Shown here: positions 61,356-64,000 of the stretch, piece by piece
Layout of the letters: each line of letters begins with the position of its first letter
How positions within the stretch are numbered: the first letter of the stretch is position 1
Assembly (NCBI GenBank): GCA_963825525.1
Contig: CAWGTN010000002.1
Coordinates: 832,001 to 896,000 of the forward strand
Origin: an uncultured Chloroflexia bacterium
GTDB taxonomy: Bacteria; Chloroflexota; Limnocylindria; QHBO01
Direction of reading: 5' to 3'
DNA: 64,000 nt
Notes under the pieces: generated by a model
What the model saw: only the letters and a program-made list of their open reading frames with translations
The model's database searches: none
What the model was told of the DNA's origin: nothing
Translations under genes and position numbers: made by a program

Positions 61356-62695
61356 CGGCGCACGTCCGATGTCACGGCGTCGTCGAGCACCGCACCGAGC
61401 CGGGCAACGACCCTGCCGCGCTCGAACTTCCGCTCAGGATCCGCAACCGATCGACGATCGCGCTCGATGACGAAGCGGTGCAACGCGTCCGCCACCGACT
61501 GAGCGGAAGGCGACGCGATGGTCCCCCACCCGATGTCGGTCAGCAGGTCACGAGCGTCGCCCTGCGGAAGCATGGCGAAGATGGGGCGATCCGCTCCGAG
61601 GTACTCGTAGAGCTTTCCGCCGATGAAAAGACCCATGCCCGGCCCCTCGCCGAGCAGCAGGAGGGCCCCGTCGGCCTGATCAAGGCGACGCCTGGCCTCG
61701 GCCCGAGGAACGAACCCCGCATGCGAGATCACGTCCCGCCCGAGGTCCTCGCGCGCGGCTGCAATGAGCTTGCGGCACGCGTCCGTCGCATGACCGAGGA
61801 ACTCGACGCGGATGACCGGCCGATCCGCCTGCCAGGCCCGATATCGACGCAGGCCGTCGAGGAAGATCGCGAGCTCAGCCGGCCGATCGAGCGTTCCCGC
61901 GTACACGATCGATACTCCGGGGCCATCCACCGCCGGCTCGAGGGGGCGGGCAGGTTGGTCGGCACCGGCCGATCGGAGGTCGTAGGCGTTCGTCACCGTC
62001 GAGAATCGATCCGCCCGTGACGGATAGCGGCGCCGATACAGCTCGGTGAGGGATGGAGTCACGAAGACGCACCTCTCCGCCGTACCGACGATCCAGCGCT
62101 CGATGCGCCGTGCCAGCACGCGCTGCATCCATGGCGCCGGATGCGCCAGCGCGTTGCCCACCCACGGGTCCCGGAACTCCGCGATCCACGGGACGCCGGT
62201 CACGCGGGCAATGAGACCGGCGGCCAGGTGTGCGCTGACCGGCGACGAGCTCGAAAGCACGGCCGCGACGGGCTCGCGCCGATGCTGACGAATCCCGGCC
62301 AGGATGGCAAAGGGAACCCATCCCACCTGGTCGTCCGGGAAGAACAGGAGCCGGCGGAGCCGCTCCAGCGGGCTACGGGGCCCCGTTACGGCCGCCGCGT
62401 CGACATCCGCATCGGCCGTCCCGTAGCCCGGCCGCACGTTCAGACCCAGGACGCGCCGAACTGCCCGCTTCATGCCGGCAGGCTCGATGATCATGGTGCG
62501 GATGCTCCGGGTGCCGGCCGGGACGCTCGACAGCAGGCCCGGGTCCTGGAGGTGATAGGCCGAGTGCCTTGGCGTCACCACGGTCACGTCCCAGCCATGG
62601 TCGGGCAGGTGGCGCACGTGACCGAGGGTGCGCGGCACGCTCACGCCTCCGATGGGTGGGAAGAAGAACGCGATGAACAGCAGGCGCCGGCTCAT
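61352..62695 (-). CDS. Glycosyltransferase family 4
   Basis: FFFPPIGG, GWDVTVVT, EFRDPW, YAGTL and GKLYEYL motifs. Confidence 0.88.
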   Translation of the reverse strand: MSRRLLFIAFFFPPIGGVSVPRTLGHVRHLPDHGWDVTVVTPRHSAYHLQDPGLLSSVPAGTRSIRTMIIEPAGMKRAVRRVLGLNVRPGYGTADADVDAAAVTGPRSPLERLRRLLFFPDDQVGWVPFAILAGIRQHRREPVAAVLSSSSPVSAHLAAGLIARVTGVPWIAEFRDPWVGNALAHPAPWMQRVLARRIERWIVGTAERCVFVTPSLTELYRRRYPSRADRFSTVTNAYDLRSAGADQPARPLEPAVDGPGVSIVYAGTLDRPAELAIFLDGLRRYRAWQADRPVIRVEFLGHATDACRKLIAAAREDLGRDVISHAGFVPRAEARRRLDQADGALLLLGEGPGMGLFIGGKLYEYLGADRPIFAMLPQGDARDLLTDIGWGTIASPSAQSVADALHRFVIERDRRSVADPERKFERGRVVARLGAVLDDAVTSDVRR

Positions 62696-63804
62696 GTGGA
62701 CCGCGCCAGCTCGAGATAGTGGGCTTCGACCGCGAGCATGTTGCGGGCGTGATCGGCCCGGCTCATGACTTCCTCACGGCCCCGCCGCAGGAGATCATCG
62801 CGGGCCTCGTCGGGGAGATCCAACGCGCGCCCGATGGCCGCCGCAATGCTCGCCGCATCGGGATTGCGCACCACAAGATCGCCCCGACCGCCCGAGTACC
62901 ACTCGCGCAGACTGGGAAGATCGCCGACCACGGTGGGCCGGCCACACGCCATAGCCTCCAGCAGGGTCACCGGCGTTCCGTCACTGATGGGCACGCTGAC
63001 CACCACATCGGCCGCATTCAGGTAGGTCGGCATCTCGTCATGCGGGATCTCGGGGACGATCACGAGGCGATCGGCGATGCCGGCGCGTACGGCGGCATCG
63101 TGCAGCTGCCGAACGGCCTCTGGCTGTGCGCCACGAGCGCTCACCACCATGACCAGGTCGTCGGGAAGGCAGGCCATGGCATCGACCACCAGCTCGTGGC
63201 GGTACAACGGCAGCAGGGTCCGCGGCGAGAGAACGATCCGGCCGCCGGCGGGGGCCAGGCGTTGACGGAGGTCGGCCGCATCGCCGGGGGCAAACGCCTG
63301 GGTGTCGACCCCGAACTGGATGACCTCGGTCCGTGACCGCCGCGCCCCGGCACTCACGGCCGCGCGAGCGAGGTGAGCCGAGTCAGCGGTCACGAGCGCG
63401 GCGCCGCGCAGCGCGAGACGACCGAGTGCCCGCGCCTTGAACCCTGCCAGATCGAGGTAGACGTCAGACCCCCACACGGTGATGGCGTACGGACGAAATC
63501 CGCTGGCCCAGGCGAGCCAGCCCTGGGCCGTCAGGTAGTGCGCGTGGACGACGTGAGGATCCACCTTGCGCACGACGCGTCGCAGCCGGCGAATCATGTC
63601 CACGGCGCGTGCCGGCTGGCGGGAGCGTCCCGGCGGCTCGATCCGTATGATGGACGGGCCGTTGGGATCGTCCGGCGGAACCGGTCGATCATGGCGGACG
63701 ATGACTGCCACGTCGTGCCCGCGCGCCACAAAGAAGCGAGCCCACCGCTGCGTGTGGGTCTCGGTGGGGTCCGCGAAGAACGCAAGGCGGAGGCGGGTCG
63801 TCAT
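62692..63804 (-). CDS. Glycosyltransferase family 4
   Basis: HTQRW, VHAHY, WGSDV and SDG.P.TLLEAMACG motifs. Confidence 0.88.
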   Translation of the reverse strand: MTTRLRLAFFADPTETHTQRWARFFVARGHDVAVIVRHDRPVPPDDPNGPSIIRIEPPGRSRQPARAVDMIRRLRRVVRKVDPHVVHAHYLTAQGWLAWASGFRPYAITVWGSDVYLDLAGFKARALGRLALRGAALVTADSAHLARAAVSAGARRSRTEVIQFGVDTQAFAPGDAADLRQRLAPAGGRIVLSPRTLLPLYRHELVVDAMACLPDDLVMVVSARGAQPEAVRQLHDAAVRAGIADRLVIVPEIPHDEMPTYLNAADVVVSVPISDGTPVTLLEAMACGRPTVVGDLPSLREWYSGGRGDLVVRNPDAASIAAAIGRALDLPDEARDDLLRRGREEVMSRADHARNMLAVEAHYLELARST

Positions 63805-63880
63805 GGGCGGCCAATCATACAGTCGTGCTGCGGTACGCCCCGGTGGCCGATTCGGGGACTCGGGGCGCGGAAATGGGGCT

Positions 63881-64000
63881 ATGCCGACCATCACCTACTC
63901 GTCGTCAGATCCCGCCCCCGGTGCGCGTGCCGCGATCGCATACCTGCTGGATGCCGCCGGCGTACCCGCACGGCCGGCGGACCCCGGCGAGGCCGCCACG
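63881..64000 (+). CDS. Partial CDS running off the window end (MPTITYSSSDPAPGARAAIAYLLDAAG...)
   Basis: Open frame from ATG 63881 to the window edge, divergent from the GT cluster. Confidence 0.45.
   Translation, partial: MPTITYSSSDPAPGARAAIAYLLDAAGVPARPADPGEAAT

Noticed and set aside
54068-63804. Polysaccharide cluster as a novel system
   Set aside because: It has the ordinary Wzy-type EPS gene content (CapD, Wzz, DegT, sugar transferase, GT4s, ligase/polymerase).

Overview
This is a high-GC bacterial chromosomal window, most consistent with a Chloroflexota-like organism (inferred from gene content and style). In order it holds: a coproporphyrin-dependent heme operon (hemC/D-hemB-chdC-hemL-hemE-cpfC, broken by many single-base indels that look like sequencing errors), a SipW/TasA-like fibre locus, padR-pspC, a ~6.2 kb AT-richer island (9998-16178), a Leu T-box leader with GNAT-leuS, comEA-comEC-HD-holA, rsfS-nadD-obgE, cell-wall enzymes, rho, pyrG, pseudouridine catabolism genes, moaD-moaE, fabD-fabF-fabF, cysS and an exopolysaccharide cluster. 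Two things stand out. (1) A complete tRNA-Ala(GGC) gene is nested inside Stem III of the leuS T-box riboswitch, between the Leu (CUC) specifier stem and the antiterminator. (2) The island is bounded by ~32-bp terminal inverted repeats starting GGGG and by a 14-15 bp target duplication. It sits in tandem with the end of an older related element and encodes no recognisable recombinase, an architecture resembling a non-autonomous casposon array. All protein calls come from motif recognition by eye; no searches were run.
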